The notes beneath the pieces are model-generated. The model had not been told where the DNA came from. It saw only the letters and a program-made list of their open reading frames with translations, and did no database searches. The position numbers were made by a program, and so were the translations under genes. This document shows positions 1 to 9,556 of a DNA stretch of 32,000 nucleotides, piece by piece. Origin of the DNA: Cellulophaga phage phi3:1; the sequence record KC821630.1. The stretch is one strand, 5' to 3'. Every line of letters begins with the position of its first letter. Position 1 is the stretch's first letter.

Positions 1-2
1 CA

Positions 3-335
3 AAGTCCGACGAAGCATATACAATGGACCCAGGAGGTTTCAGATCCGATGACGATGCTGCAGGTGTTACTGGTGGCGGAGATTTCATTGATAAGATTAA
101 AAGAGTTAGATGGAGCTTTGAAGGCCCTTTGATGATTGATTTAGCTGCTGGTACTGAAATGAACAGCTTACAAGCTATATCAGCTTCGTTCGAACAAGGG
201 ACATGGACTTTTAGTCATATTACCGGAGCAGTTTTTAGAGGTAAAGGTAAATTTGTTGGCGACATACAAATTGATACAAAAGAGTCTCAAATAGCCGCTA
301 AGATTTCCGGCGGTGGAAAGATGGAAATACTTTAA
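3..335 (+). CDS. Phage tail tube protein (Mu gpM-like), C-terminal fragment truncated by the left window edge
   Basis: The frame is open from base 3 (KSDEAYTMDPGGF...), so the listed ATG at 24 is probably internal. It lies upstream of the tail chaperone and tape measure genes; composition fits a tail tube protein. Confidence 0.5.
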   Translation, partial: KSDEAYTMDPGGFRSDDDAAGVTGGGDFIDKIKRVRWSFEGPLMIDLAAGTEMNSLQAISASFEQGTWTFSHITGAVFRGKGKFVGDIQIDTKESQIAAKISGGGKMEIL

Positions 336-347
336 TATTAATCTATT

Positions 348-387
348 TAAAGCTGCATTAATAACAAACCAATGCAGCTTTATTTTT
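348..387 (+). terminator. Rho-independent terminator after the tail tube gene
   Basis: Perfect 12-bp inverted repeat TAAAGCTGCATT (348-359) / AATGCAGCTTTA (371-382), 11-nt loop, followed by TTTTT. Confidence 0.7.
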
Positions 388-400
388 AACAACTTGAAAG

Positions 401-829
401 ATGCAAAAAACAGTAGTGAGTACAGAGGTAGCAATTGAAGAAATTTCTAAATTTTTACAAATTCATTTACCCAAAGAATTTAGAAGAGGTAAAATGACAG
501 AGGAAAAAATCAAAGAAGACTACATAGATGTAATTGAGGCAATTGAAGACGGAGTGTTGGTTTTCGATGAACACAACAAGCCATCTTATAAATTACAAAA
601 CCCTATTAAAAACGAGAACGGCGAAGCGGTTATAACAGAAATTTCTTTTAGAGCAAGAATCAAGGGTGCTGATAAAACTATTTTAATGAACGGAATTGAT
701 CCTAAAAAGCAATTAGGTGATTATATGATAAAGGTTATTTCATATATGACTCAACTTGAATCTGCTTTAGTTAAAAAACTTGATAAGCAAGATTTTGAAG
801 TTCTTAATCAAATTTGTTCAGTTTTTTAG
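401..829 (+). CDS. Tail assembly chaperone, short form (Mu gp41 / lambda gpG position)
   Basis: 142 aa ORF directly upstream of the tape measure gene, overlapping a -1 frame ORF. Confidence 0.6.
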   Translation: MQKTVVSTEVAIEEISKFLQIHLPKEFRRGKMTEEKIKEDYIDVIEAIEDGVLVFDEHNKPSYKLQNPIKNENGEAVITEISFRARIKGADKTILMNGIDPKKQLGDYMIKVISYMTQLESALVKKLDKQDFEVLNQICSVF

Positions 830-999
830 ACAGGTGGTCAGTTGGAAATCTTGACGCTGAAATAAAAACCATAGTCAATGAATTTCACTGGTCACCAAAT
901 CAAATAGATGAACTATACTGTGACGATTTAGACCACCACGGTATAGTTTATTGGTTTGAACATCTTAAAAGTTTACATGCTAAAATGAATAAAAAATAA
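814..999 (+). CDS. Tail assembly chaperone, -1 frame extension (gpGT-like 3' part)
   Basis: No ATG (only TTG at 814), -1 frame relative to ORF 401-829, ends immediately before the tape measure ATG at 1000, T6 run at the overlap. Confidence 0.6.
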   Translation: MFSFLDRWSVGNLDAEIKTIVNEFHWSPNQIDELYCDDLDHHGIVYWFEHLKSLHAKMNKK

Positions 1000-2946
1000 A
1001 TGGCTGCATCAATAAAAATACCAACAATATTTACAGCTGAAAACAAGTTTTCAGGAGTGCTTAATAGCATGGGTAGAGACTTAAAGTCTTTTGCTAAGAC
1101 AGGAACTTCAGCTGTTAATAGATTAGACCAAAAAATAACAGGTGGTTTCAAGAAAATGTCTAATCTAGCTCAAGTAGCTCTAGGGCTTAGTATAGGAGCT
1201 GTCTTTATGCAAGGATTTAATGATGTCACGCAATTTGAAACCGGGCTGGTAGGAGTTTCGAAAACTACAGAAATAGTTGGCAGCGACTTAAAGAAACTTG
1301 GTCAAGATACTCTTAATTATTCAAATAAACTTAGAGGCGTATCAACTCACAAGCTTCTTGAATTAGAAGAGTCTGCTGGGCAATTAGGTGTCAAAGGTAG
1401 TGCTGATATTTTAAAATTTGCTGGAACACTTGCTAAGCTAGAAAAAGCTTCAGATGTGCAAGGTGCTGAAGGCGCTTCAAATATAGTTAGGTTATTAACT
1501 TTAACTGGCGAAGGTGTTGGTGTAGTTGATAGATTTTCTTCAGCTTTAGTTAATCTAGGAAACAATTCAGCAGCTACTGAAGGCGAAATTTTAGGAGTTA
1601 GTTCTGAGGTTGCTAGATCAGTAGCTGCTTATAAATTTACATCCGCTGAAATTTTAGGAGTTTCTACTGCTTTGAAATCGTTGGATGTTAGACCTGAAGC
1701 AGCTGGTACGGCTGTCGGAAAAGTAATGAGAGGGATTGAGCTAGCTACTATAAAAGGAGGAAAGCAGCTTGAAGGATTTTCTAAGATAATGGGAATGACT
1801 CCTAAAGAAGTTAAAAAAGCTTTTGCTGAGTCTCCTCAAAAATCTTTCAACATGTTTATTAAAGGGCTTCAAAAAGTTTCCGACGAAGGCGGTTCTGTAG
1901 CTGAGTCTTTAATAGGAGTGGGTTTGAGCGGCGAAACAGTTTCAAAAGGAATAATTCCATTAGCTACTAATTATTCGCTGTTAGAGGAAAAGATGAAGCT
2001 TGCAAATGACGGGTTTAAAGATAACTTAGCTTTAAACAAAGAATTCGACGCCGCTTCAGCTACTGTGCAAACTGCTTTAGATTCAGTTAAGAATAGTTGG
2101 TCAAACGTTATAATCAGTCAAGCTACTGCCGGCAGCGGATTAAGTAGACTACAAACCGTATTATTCTTCGTAGCTGACAACATGGAAACAGTGGTGGCTG
2201 TAGGAGCTGGATTAGTTGCTTCTTTTGCTTTAATGAAAGCCATAGTTTGGGGTACTCAGGCAGCTGTATTTGCTTACAATGTAGTTATGGGTGTTTCAGC
2301 AGTTGTGACAGGAGGAATGACTAGAGCTATAGCGACAAACGGAGTGGCTTTAGTTGCTTACAAAGTTGCTATGGGTGTCTCTACAGCAGTTACTTGGCTA
2401 GCTACAGCAGCTACCACAGCTTTTGGAATAGCTTTGAATTTAAGCATCTGGCCTATTCTTTTAATCGTTGCAGCTATTGCCGCAGTCATCGCAATTATAA
2501 TGAATTGGTCTGCTATTTCAGATTGGTTTATTGAGCAATGGGATAAATTTACTTCATTTATTGGGGCAGCGTGGGGAGCACTTGTTGATTGGTTTACTAA
2601 TTTCGATTTCAAAGCTATGTTTGTTGATATAGGTCAATCAATTCTGAAATACATGTTGATGCCTTTAAAAATGATGCTTACTCTACTGTCAAACGTTCCA
2701 GGTAAAATTGGAAATTTAGCTAAGCTAGGATTAGAAAAAATCGATGAAGTCACGGGTGAAGTTAAAGTTGGTGCTGAAGGACTTCCTTCAACTACACAAG
2801 CTAGTAATGAAAACGTATCTAAGTCTATTTCTGAAAAGAACAGCAATGTCAACTTGAATATAGTTGATAAAGGAGGTAATATTGGAAGCATTGAAAATAA
2901 CGATAATGTTCCTATAAAAATAGGGAGTACGGTAGCAGACTTTTAA
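1000..2946 (+). CDS. Tail tape measure protein (TP901/Mu gp42-like)
   Basis: 648 aa, N-terminal phage tail tape-measure-like core (LLELEESAGQLGVKGSADILKFAGTL...EGAEGASNIVRLLTLTGEGVG), central hydrophobic segments, correct gene position. Confidence 0.9.
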   Translation: MAASIKIPTIFTAENKFSGVLNSMGRDLKSFAKTGTSAVNRLDQKITGGFKKMSNLAQVALGLSIGAVFMQGFNDVTQFETGLVGVSKTTEIVGSDLKKLGQDTLNYSNKLRGVSTHKLLELEESAGQLGVKGSADILKFAGTLAKLEKASDVQGAEGASNIVRLLTLTGEGVGVVDRFSSALVNLGNNSAATEGEILGVSSEVARSVAAYKFTSAEILGVSTALKSLDVRPEAAGTAVGKVMRGIELATIKGGKQLEGFSKIMGMTPKEVKKAFAESPQKSFNMFIKGLQKVSDEGGSVAESLIGVGLSGETVSKGIIPLATNYSLLEEKMKLANDGFKDNLALNKEFDAASATVQTALDSVKNSWSNVIISQATAGSGLSRLQTVLFFVADNMETVVAVGAGLVASFALMKAIVWGTQAAVFAYNVVMGVSAVVTGGMTRAIATNGVALVAYKVAMGVSTAVTWLATAATTAFGIALNLSIWPILLIVAAIAAVIAIIMNWSAISDWFIEQWDKFTSFIGAAWGALVDWFTNFDFKAMFVDIGQSILKYMLMPLKMMLTLLSNVPGKIGNLAKLGLEKIDEVTGEVKVGAEGLPSTTQASNENVSKSISEKNSNVNLNIVDKGGNIGSIENNDNVPIKIGSTVADF

Positions 2947-2960
2947 TCTAAATTAAAAAA

Positions 2961-3443
2961 ATGTCAATAACAAAAGATTTGAACTTATTTGAAAGCGGAA
3001 ACGGCGGCGAATTAGCTATTCTAAGCAACGACCTTTCGCTTTCTGAAAGTTTATACACGATAATATATATTTCGCTTTTTGGCGGTAACGTTGAAGCTTC
3101 TACGCTTGGAAACGAAATAGAGTCAGAGCAAAGATTTGATTATTGGGCTAATGGCTTATTAAATAAATCAAACCAAAGCAAACAGTTAAATTCAAGAACT
3201 GAAAAAGAGCTATTAAACAATGCAATTAACAGCGCAGGCAGGTTGAAGATTAAAAGCGCAATTGAAGAGGATTTATCTTTTTTAAAAAAAATAGTTAATT
3301 TAGATATAAATGTTGTAATTTTATCTCAGAATAGATTAGAGATAAGCATTTATCTTGACTCTATTGGAAACCAAGCTGATAAAGGTTTTCAGTTTATATG
3401 GGACAACGCTAAGAAAGAGGTAATAATAGATAAAGATATATAA
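2961..3443 (+). CDS. Baseplate protein, Mu gp46-like
   Basis: 160 aa directly upstream of a gp47-like protein; features fit the GP46 family (...GNEIESEQRFDYWANGLL...). Confidence 0.6.
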   Translation: MSITKDLNLFESGNGGELAILSNDLSLSESLYTIIYISLFGGNVEASTLGNEIESEQRFDYWANGLLNKSNQSKQLNSRTEKELLNNAINSAGRLKIKSAIEEDLSFLKKIVNLDINVVILSQNRLEISIYLDSIGNQADKGFQFIWDNAKKEVIIDKDI

Positions 3444-4618
3444 TGGCTAATATTCCAACTATTTTCGAAATCAATGCTAATATAGCTAATGATTTAAAGA
3501 ATAAATTAGATTTAAGTGATAGCGGTTTAAAGAAAACTTTAGATGTATTCGCCGGTGTTTTAGCTGCTCAATTCAAATTAACTTACTTAGCTCTTTCTGA
3601 CGTACAAAATCAATTATTCGTTGATACTGCTGATACAAGCGAAAACGGAGGTACACTTGATAGGTGGGGAGATATTTGGCTTGGTAGAATAAGAAATTCA
3701 AGCTCATCAGGAGTATATGAAATCAGCCTTGATTTTGCCGAGAACTCAGTGCTAAGACAAAACTTAACTTTTAAGTCAAACGACGAAAGCTTTTCTCCTT
3801 CAATGCAGTATATTCTTGATGAACAAGAAACTTTAACTTCAAGCAACAATACAGTTCAAATAAGAAGCTTATTAGGTGGCTCCCAAGTGCTGCTCGAAGT
3901 AGGAGATACGCTTACTATAAATGAGCCGGTTATAGGAGTGGACCAGGTTGTTACAGTTGTAGCGGTTGTTGAGCAGCCTTTGGAAGAGGAAAGTGTTGAT
4001 GATTATAGGTCTGCTATTTTGCAAAGTATACAATTAGAGCCTCAAGGAGGAGCAAAGACTGATTATAGATTATGGGCTTCTGATGCTCAAGGTGTTAAAT
4101 CAGTTTACCCTTATGTTAAAAACGAGCAAGCTGGAACGGTTCAAGTGTATCTAGAGTCAACAGTAGACGATAGTATAGACGGATACGGAACTCCTTCACA
4201 AGCATTAATTGATTCAGTTATTGAGGTTATAAATTTTGACCCCGACGAAACTAAACCTATAAATGATAGAGGAAGATTGCCAATACAAGTTACTCTTGAA
4301 GTTCTAAGTATTGCGCCAAACCCTGTAGACATCACAATAACTGGATTAGTTGATGTGACTGATGAAATTAAATTAGCGGTTAGAGAAAACTTAGAAGATT
4401 ATTTATCAGAAATAAGACCCTATGTAGCTGGAGCTGATTTAGCTAGAAATAAGAACGATATTGTTTATTCAGCAAGAGCTCAATCAGTAGTTGCTGACGT
4501 TTTAAGTTCTGATAATTTTTTCACATCATTTTCACTACTAGTTAATGGAGTCAATCAGAATAGCTTTTTATTTTCCAGGGAAAATATCCCTTATTTAAGA
4601 AACTTAACTTTTGACTAA
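3443..4618 (+). CDS. Baseplate J-like protein (Mu gp47-like)
   Basis: 391 aa; GGTLDRWGDIWLGRIR, EEESVDDYRSAILQSIQLEPQGGAKTDYRLWASDAQGVKSVYPY pattern typical of baseplate J; TAATG coupling with neighbours. Confidence 0.85.
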   Translation: MANIPTIFEINANIANDLKNKLDLSDSGLKKTLDVFAGVLAAQFKLTYLALSDVQNQLFVDTADTSENGGTLDRWGDIWLGRIRNSSSSGVYEISLDFAENSVLRQNLTFKSNDESFSPSMQYILDEQETLTSSNNTVQIRSLLGGSQVLLEVGDTLTINEPVIGVDQVVTVVAVVEQPLEEESVDDYRSAILQSIQLEPQGGAKTDYRLWASDAQGVKSVYPYVKNEQAGTVQVYLESTVDDSIDGYGTPSQALIDSVIEVINFDPDETKPINDRGRLPIQVTLEVLSIAPNPVDITITGLVDVTDEIKLAVRENLEDYLSEIRPYVAGADLARNKNDIVYSARAQSVVADVLSSDNFFTSFSLLVNGVNQNSFLFSRENIPYLRNLTFD

Positions 4619-5379
4619 TGAGTGAAAAATCAGTACATAAATTAACCTTACCTCACGGAAAAAGTACTCCGCACAAATTTCCATTTGAAGTTGAGAATGA
4701 ACTTGATATTATCAACAGTTTGTCAACTCAATTATACCCTACTGGTAGAGCTTGGTTTAAAAAAGAAGGAGGTGTTTTTGACAGTTTTCACGCTGCTATA
4801 AATACTTCTTTTGTTAGAGTACTAGCAGATAGCCAACAGCTTATTGATGGAAATTTACCTGACAATGAAAATTTTACTGAAGAAGATGCTTCTTTGTGGG
4901 AGTATAGATTGGGTTTACCTGTAAATAAAAGCATTGACTTAGAATTAAGAAAAGCATCAGTGAAAAGAAAGCTAGGGCACCCTAACAACGTTAAAGCTAG
5001 GCAACACAGCACTTTCATAGAAGCTCAATTGCAATTAGTTGGATTTGATGTTTACGTGCATGAGAATACGTTTCCTTACAAGCTTCCTAGTGAATTAGCT
5101 AATCTCCAATTAAAAGAAGTTCAACACGGAGGAGGTACTCAACACGGAGCTGGTACACAGCATGGAGGTGATAGTTTTGATATAATTGCGAATAGTATAG
5201 ATGAAGTTGAATCTTATGCAATTGGAGAAGAAAGTTTATGGGCTACTTTTTTTATAGGAGGAAAGGAATTAGGTAGTACCGCAAACGTAGATAAAAATAG
5301 GTTGAGAGAATTTAAGGAATTAATAATAAAGTTGAAACCAGCTCATTTAGTTGTTTTTACCTTTGTAAACTATATTTAA
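4618..5379 (+). CDS. Tail protein, Mu gp48/YmfQ-like, with internal His-Gly repeat
   Basis: LYPTGRAWF motif, position after gp47-like protein, TAATG coupling. Confidence 0.65.
   Translation: MSEKSVHKLTLPHGKSTPHKFPFEVENELDIINSLSTQLYPTGRAWFKKEGGVFDSFHAAINTSFVRVLADSQQLIDGNLPDNENFTEEDASLWEYRLGLPVNKSIDLELRKASVKRKLGHPNNVKARQHSTFIEAQLQLVGFDVYVHENTFPYKLPSELANLQLKEVQHGGGTQHGAGTQHGGDSFDIIANSIDEVESYAIGEESLWATFFIGGKELGSTANVDKNRLREFKELIIKLKPAHLVVFTFVNYI
5122..5172 (+). repeat. Approximately 18-bp tandem repeat, ~2.8 copies, encoding QHGGGT-QHGAGT-QHGG
   Basis: CAACACGGAGGAGGTACT / CAACACGGAGCTGGTACA / CAGCATGGAGGTGAT read directly. Confidence 0.8.
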
Positions 5380-5383
5380 AGAA

Positions 5384-6415
5384 ATGGCTAGAGATAAAGC
5401 AAAATTGCAGAACATAAATTTAAGTGACTTAGTAAATTACCCGAACGGCAGAATAGCTGATAATACTGGAGCTGGCGACGGTACACCTGTAAGCGAAGTT
5501 ACCTACGGTGATATTCACGAAACTTATGCTAAGTTAATGAGGTTATCAGGTTTAAAATACAACGACTTACCAGATAATGAGGAAAACGGCTACCAACTAG
5601 TTGAAGCGATTAGATCTTTGCCTAGCAAGAATGATTTGATTTTAAATCTAGCTATTTCTTCAAATGTTTACACCGTGCCGCTAAGAATGGATAGTTTAAT
5701 TGAGGGTGAAAGTTTTATATTGAAAGCTACTGTAGCTAAATCATCAAGTACCAGTATAAGAGGAACTTTAGACAATAAAACTAAGTCAGTAAGCGTAGTA
5801 GGTGATTTTAAAGTTAACGAATACGTTAGAATGCTAGTTACATCTAATTCTATACTAATTACAAGGCTGATAGATGCGGTTAATTTGAATTCAGCGGTTA
5901 ATGACTTGCTTTACTTAAAAGCAGCTACTTCAGCGCAAGATTTAGCAGGCACCTTGATTAATGTAGCACTCACGCCTAAGTCTTCCGCAGACACTTATGC
6001 AAACAAAACGATAGGCGCTACTAGCGGAAATTTTTTAGCTACTACAGCGAGAAACGGTCACTTAAGTAAAGAGGATAAACTTAGAATAGACAATTTAGCA
6101 AGTCCTGAAGATTTAATAAAAGTAGACAGCGGAACAAAGGATGTTGAAAACTTTAAATCAGGTAGAGATTCTGCAAATCCTAATAACAACTTCTCTTTTA
6201 ATTATGCAGATGTTTTTCCTCCATCAGGCAAGACAATAGCTAATTTAAAAGGATTTATAGCTTCTATTTCTGAAATTAATTTTGTAGGTGAAGTTGATAG
6301 CAATGATACTTTATATTGCAAATGGAGAATCGAAACTAATAAAGTAAGAATTATTTGTAGCAACTCAGAAAGTCGCTCAGCTGCAAAGGTTCAGTATATG
6401 GCGATTTGGATATAA
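5384..6415 (+). CDS. Tail fibre-like structural protein A
   Basis: 343 aa after the gp48-like gene; N-terminal ~75 aa is paralogous to the next ORF. Confidence 0.5.
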   Translation: MARDKAKLQNINLSDLVNYPNGRIADNTGAGDGTPVSEVTYGDIHETYAKLMRLSGLKYNDLPDNEENGYQLVEAIRSLPSKNDLILNLAISSNVYTVPLRMDSLIEGESFILKATVAKSSSTSIRGTLDNKTKSVSVVGDFKVNEYVRMLVTSNSILITRLIDAVNLNSAVNDLLYLKAATSAQDLAGTLINVALTPKSSADTYANKTIGATSGNFLATTARNGHLSKEDKLRIDNLASPEDLIKVDSGTKDVENFKSGRDSANPNNNFSFNYADVFPPSGKTIANLKGFIASISEINFVGEVDSNDTLYCKWRIETNKVRIICSNSESRSAAKVQYMAIWI

Positions 6416-6425
6416 TTTAAAAGAT

Positions 6426-7604
6426 ATGAGAACGATAAAAAATTTAGCATTACCTCAAGATTCTGATTATGTTAATTTTCCTGATGGAAGAGTTAGAAAC
6501 GAAACTGTCACCGCAGCGGGAACTCCTGTAGTTGAAGAGGTTTACGGTGATCTACTTCAAAACTTCTACAAGATTATAAGAAGCTCAGGTCTTGAAATTA
6601 CTGAAACAGCTGACAGCGAAGGAACTCAGTTTCAATTACTTGACGCTTTAAAGATTTTTGCTAACGAAGTTAATGACCTGAAGCAAACTCTTACAGTTAA
6701 TCAAGGTGAAATTTCTACGCTATTAAATCTAGATACTCTTCCTGATGATTACGTGTTCATAGGTAAAATAACTGAAGATATTTCAGCTAACAACATCTAC
6801 TTGTTGAACGGTACTGGTGAGGTTTTGGTAAATGCTGTATCTACTAGCGATGTAAAAGCTTCTAGTCTTGTATTAGTTGTATTAAGTCAAGTAGGGTATT
6901 CAAGTATAACTGATTTAACCGTAGCAGCTGAAGATTTGAAGAGTTTGAGTGTGTCATTAGGAACGCCTTTATCATTCAACAGCACTAAGAATTTGATGTA
7001 TTTTTCCGACGGTAAAATTATAACTGATTACCCTAAGGTGTATGACGTACAACAAGCAATCAACGACAGCTTAATGACGAGCGATTTTGTCGCTATTGAT
7101 TGTTTCACTGTAAAAGAAAAATTATTGTGCTATGCATTTAATAAAACCAACTCAACTTATCATTTATTCTCTTTCTTAGCTAGCAACCCTGGAGCTCTTG
7201 AAGGAGAAGTCACTTTTATTAAAAGCGTTAACGCTGCTGAAAATAAACCACTAATCTATACGAATGGTCAATTCTTATTCATAACTAATACTGAAAATGA
7301 ATTTGGTGACATTGCTAGTCACAATAAAATTGGTAAATATTTGTTTGACGAAGTTGCTTTAGAGATTACTCTTGACACTAGTTTGACAATAGAAAGCTCT
7401 TTTTTCAAGAGTACGAATTGCTTCATAAACGAAGCTGGTTCTGATATTTATTCTATGTTATTAGGACAGTTGAATAAATACAGCTTAGAAAATAATACCG
7501 TAGAAGATTTAGGTAACTTTCAATCAAATAACGGACAGGTATTTAGATTCAATAAACAAACTTATTTCTATAACGGCAGCAATGCAGCTAAATGGAATTA
7601 CTAA
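6426..7604 (+). CDS. Tail fibre-like structural protein B
   Basis: 392 aa; N-terminus shares VN(Y/F)P(N/D)GR...GTPV.E..YGD......K..R.SGL with the preceding ORF. Confidence 0.5.
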   Translation: MRTIKNLALPQDSDYVNFPDGRVRNETVTAAGTPVVEEVYGDLLQNFYKIIRSSGLEITETADSEGTQFQLLDALKIFANEVNDLKQTLTVNQGEISTLLNLDTLPDDYVFIGKITEDISANNIYLLNGTGEVLVNAVSTSDVKASSLVLVVLSQVGYSSITDLTVAAEDLKSLSVSLGTPLSFNSTKNLMYFSDGKIITDYPKVYDVQQAINDSLMTSDFVAIDCFTVKEKLLCYAFNKTNSTYHLFSFLASNPGALEGEVTFIKSVNAAENKPLIYTNGQFLFITNTENEFGDIASHNKIGKYLFDEVALEITLDTSLTIESSFFKSTNCFINEAGSDIYSMLLGQLNKYSLENNTVEDLGNFQSNNGQVFRFNKQTYFYNGSNAAKWNY

Positions 7605-8348
7605 ATGGCAACGTTTAACATCAATAATAAAGAAGTTATAAGCCTCACAGCTAAACTAGAAAGGTTGAATAAATCAGCTTTACCTAGTGCTGTGAGAAAT
7701 ACTTTAAATAGAGCAGCTTTCGAGACGAAAAAAAACATTCCTCTTGTAGCTGCTTCAGTTTTTACAACTAGACAGAAGAGTTTTTTTAAAAGATTTTCAG
7801 TTGTTGAGAAAGCTTCAGGGTTTGATATAGATAGAATGCAATCAACAGTTGGTATAACTACTAGGTTCAACCCTACTTTAGCTAAGAACTTGGATGCTCA
7901 GGAGTTTGGTGGTACTATTCAAACTGACAAATTAACCCCGCATAAAGACGCTAGGGTATCTAGATCCGATAGTCGTAGAGTTCAGTCTAAAAACTTCATT
8001 AACAAAGTTAACGCACATAACGCGACTAAAGCATTTAAAAATCATAAAGGTACTAGAGCTTCGAAATTTGTTTCAGCTGTGATGAGTACTGTCAAAAGCG
8101 GTAAGCGACATATGATACTGCAGACTGGAGAGAAAGGTATGCTTTACGAGCTTACTTCAGTGAGTTCAAATATTAAGTCTAAGAAGTTTAATTTTAAAAT
8201 AAAAAAGCTTTATTCAGTAAATACAAAAACCAGCCATAAAGTAAAAGCAGCAGGGTTCATGAAAAAAAGCGTAAATTTAACGAATAAAAAATTGGACGAG
8301 TATTTTAAAGAGAATGCTGAGTTTCAATTTAAAAAAGCATTGAAATGA
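7605..8348 (+). CDS. Putative minor tail/tail completion protein (gpZ-like)
   Basis: 247 aa basic protein; LPSAVRNTLNRAAFETKKNIP start resembles minor tail protein Z families; position only moderately supportive. Confidence 0.3.
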   Translation: MATFNINNKEVISLTAKLERLNKSALPSAVRNTLNRAAFETKKNIPLVAASVFTTRQKSFFKRFSVVEKASGFDIDRMQSTVGITTRFNPTLAKNLDAQEFGGTIQTDKLTPHKDARVSRSDSRRVQSKNFINKVNAHNATKAFKNHKGTRASKFVSAVMSTVKSGKRHMILQTGEKGMLYELTSVSSNIKSKKFNFKIKKLYSVNTKTSHKVKAAGFMKKSVNLTNKKLDEYFKENAEFQFKKALK

Positions 8349-9556
8349 GTTGGACTGATAGATTAAGCGATATTAAATTTGAAATAAAGACTGGTGACGG
8401 AAAAACTTATTACCCGTTATGGGTTAGCTCCGAAAAGAGTAAAGATTTCAACGTTTCAAGATTTGATTTCATTAACCTTGAGGGTTCGTTAGTTGATAGA
8501 AAAAAACCTCAAGGAAGCACTTATCCTCTTGTATTTATGTTTCAAGGAGAAGACAACATAGAGCAAGCTGAAGCGTTTGAAACTTCTAGCAACGACAATA
8601 GGATGTGGGTTATCCAGCACCCTTTCTACGGCACAATAAAAGGTCAGCCAGCAAACTTAAAAAGAAACGACAACAACTACAATACAACTGAAATATCCAT
8701 CGACTTCTGGGAAAGTATTTTAGGTGATTTTCCTGAGGAAGCTATTTCTATAGTTGATAGTGTTGACGATAAAGCTCTTAAAGTAAAAACAATCAGTATT
8801 GGGTTATTTGTTGAAAATGCTGAACCAACCACAGCTGACATTGATACACTTAAGACAAATGTAACTTTATCTTCTAGTAAATTTTCCCCGGATTCTGGTT
8901 CTTACAATTCTTTTAATAATAGCAAGAAAACAGCTTTAAAAGCTACTGATAGCTTGGTGACTAAAACTGAAAACTCTTTCACTACAATCAACAAGATTTA
9001 CGACGAACCGTCATCTTTCAATGTGCCTGTTCTTAAAAAAGTAAAGTCGTATATAGAAGCTTATAAAGTCGTTAAGTTCTTAATTAAAAATAGATTTTCT
9101 AAATATAATTTCGAAAGTCAATCAGCTTATATTTTTTCAGGAATCTGCAAAAGTTGTGTCAATCCTCAAGAAGGAGATTACATAACTAGAAATGATGTAA
9201 AAGAAGTGAATGCTTTATTGATTGAAACTTATAAGGATTATCTTGAAACGCTAGACAGTAATCAAGTTGATATTTACGACACAAACAATAGCTGGTCACC
9301 TAACTTTCAAATACAAAATTCTTTACTTGAATTAATTACATTCACTTCTAAGTCTTTGTTTGATTTAGGTTTTGACGCTAAGCAAGAAAGAACTTACGAA
9401 CTTCCTTCTGATAGTAATCTAATTGTACTTACTCATAGATTTATGGGCTTAGATGCTAATGACGAAAATATAGAAACATTTAGACAAATTAATAAGATTA
9501 AAAACTCTGAAATATATAGAGTTCCTAAAGGCAGGTTAATAAAATATTTCGTATAA
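8345..9556 (+). CDS. DNA circularisation/tail protein (Mu gp43/gpN-like)
   Basis: MSWTDRLSDIKFEIKTGDGKTYYPLW N-terminus and position directly before a gp44-like protein. Confidence 0.55.
   Translation: MSWTDRLSDIKFEIKTGDGKTYYPLWVSSEKSKDFNVSRFDFINLEGSLVDRKKPQGSTYPLVFMFQGEDNIEQAEAFETSSNDNRMWVIQHPFYGTIKGQPANLKRNDNNYNTTEISIDFWESILGDFPEEAISIVDSVDDKALKVKTISIGLFVENAEPTTADIDTLKTNVTLSSSKFSPDSGSYNSFNNSKKTALKATDSLVTKTENSFTTINKIYDEPSSFNVPVLKKVKSYIEAYKVVKFLIKNRFSKYNFESQSAYIFSGICKSCVNPQEGDYITRNDVKEVNALLIETYKDYLETLDSNQVDIYDTNNSWSPNFQIQNSLLELITFTSKSLFDLGFDAKQERTYELPSDSNLIVLTHRFMGLDANDENIETFRQINKIKNSEIYRVPKGRLIKYFV

Noticed and set aside
180-3849. Antisense ORFs at 180-434, 948-1151, 1347-1565, 2358-2612, 2634-2891 and 3610-3849 (- strand)
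   Set aside because: They lie within or across convincing + strand tail genes, have no recognisable motifs, and look like frame shadows of coding sequence.
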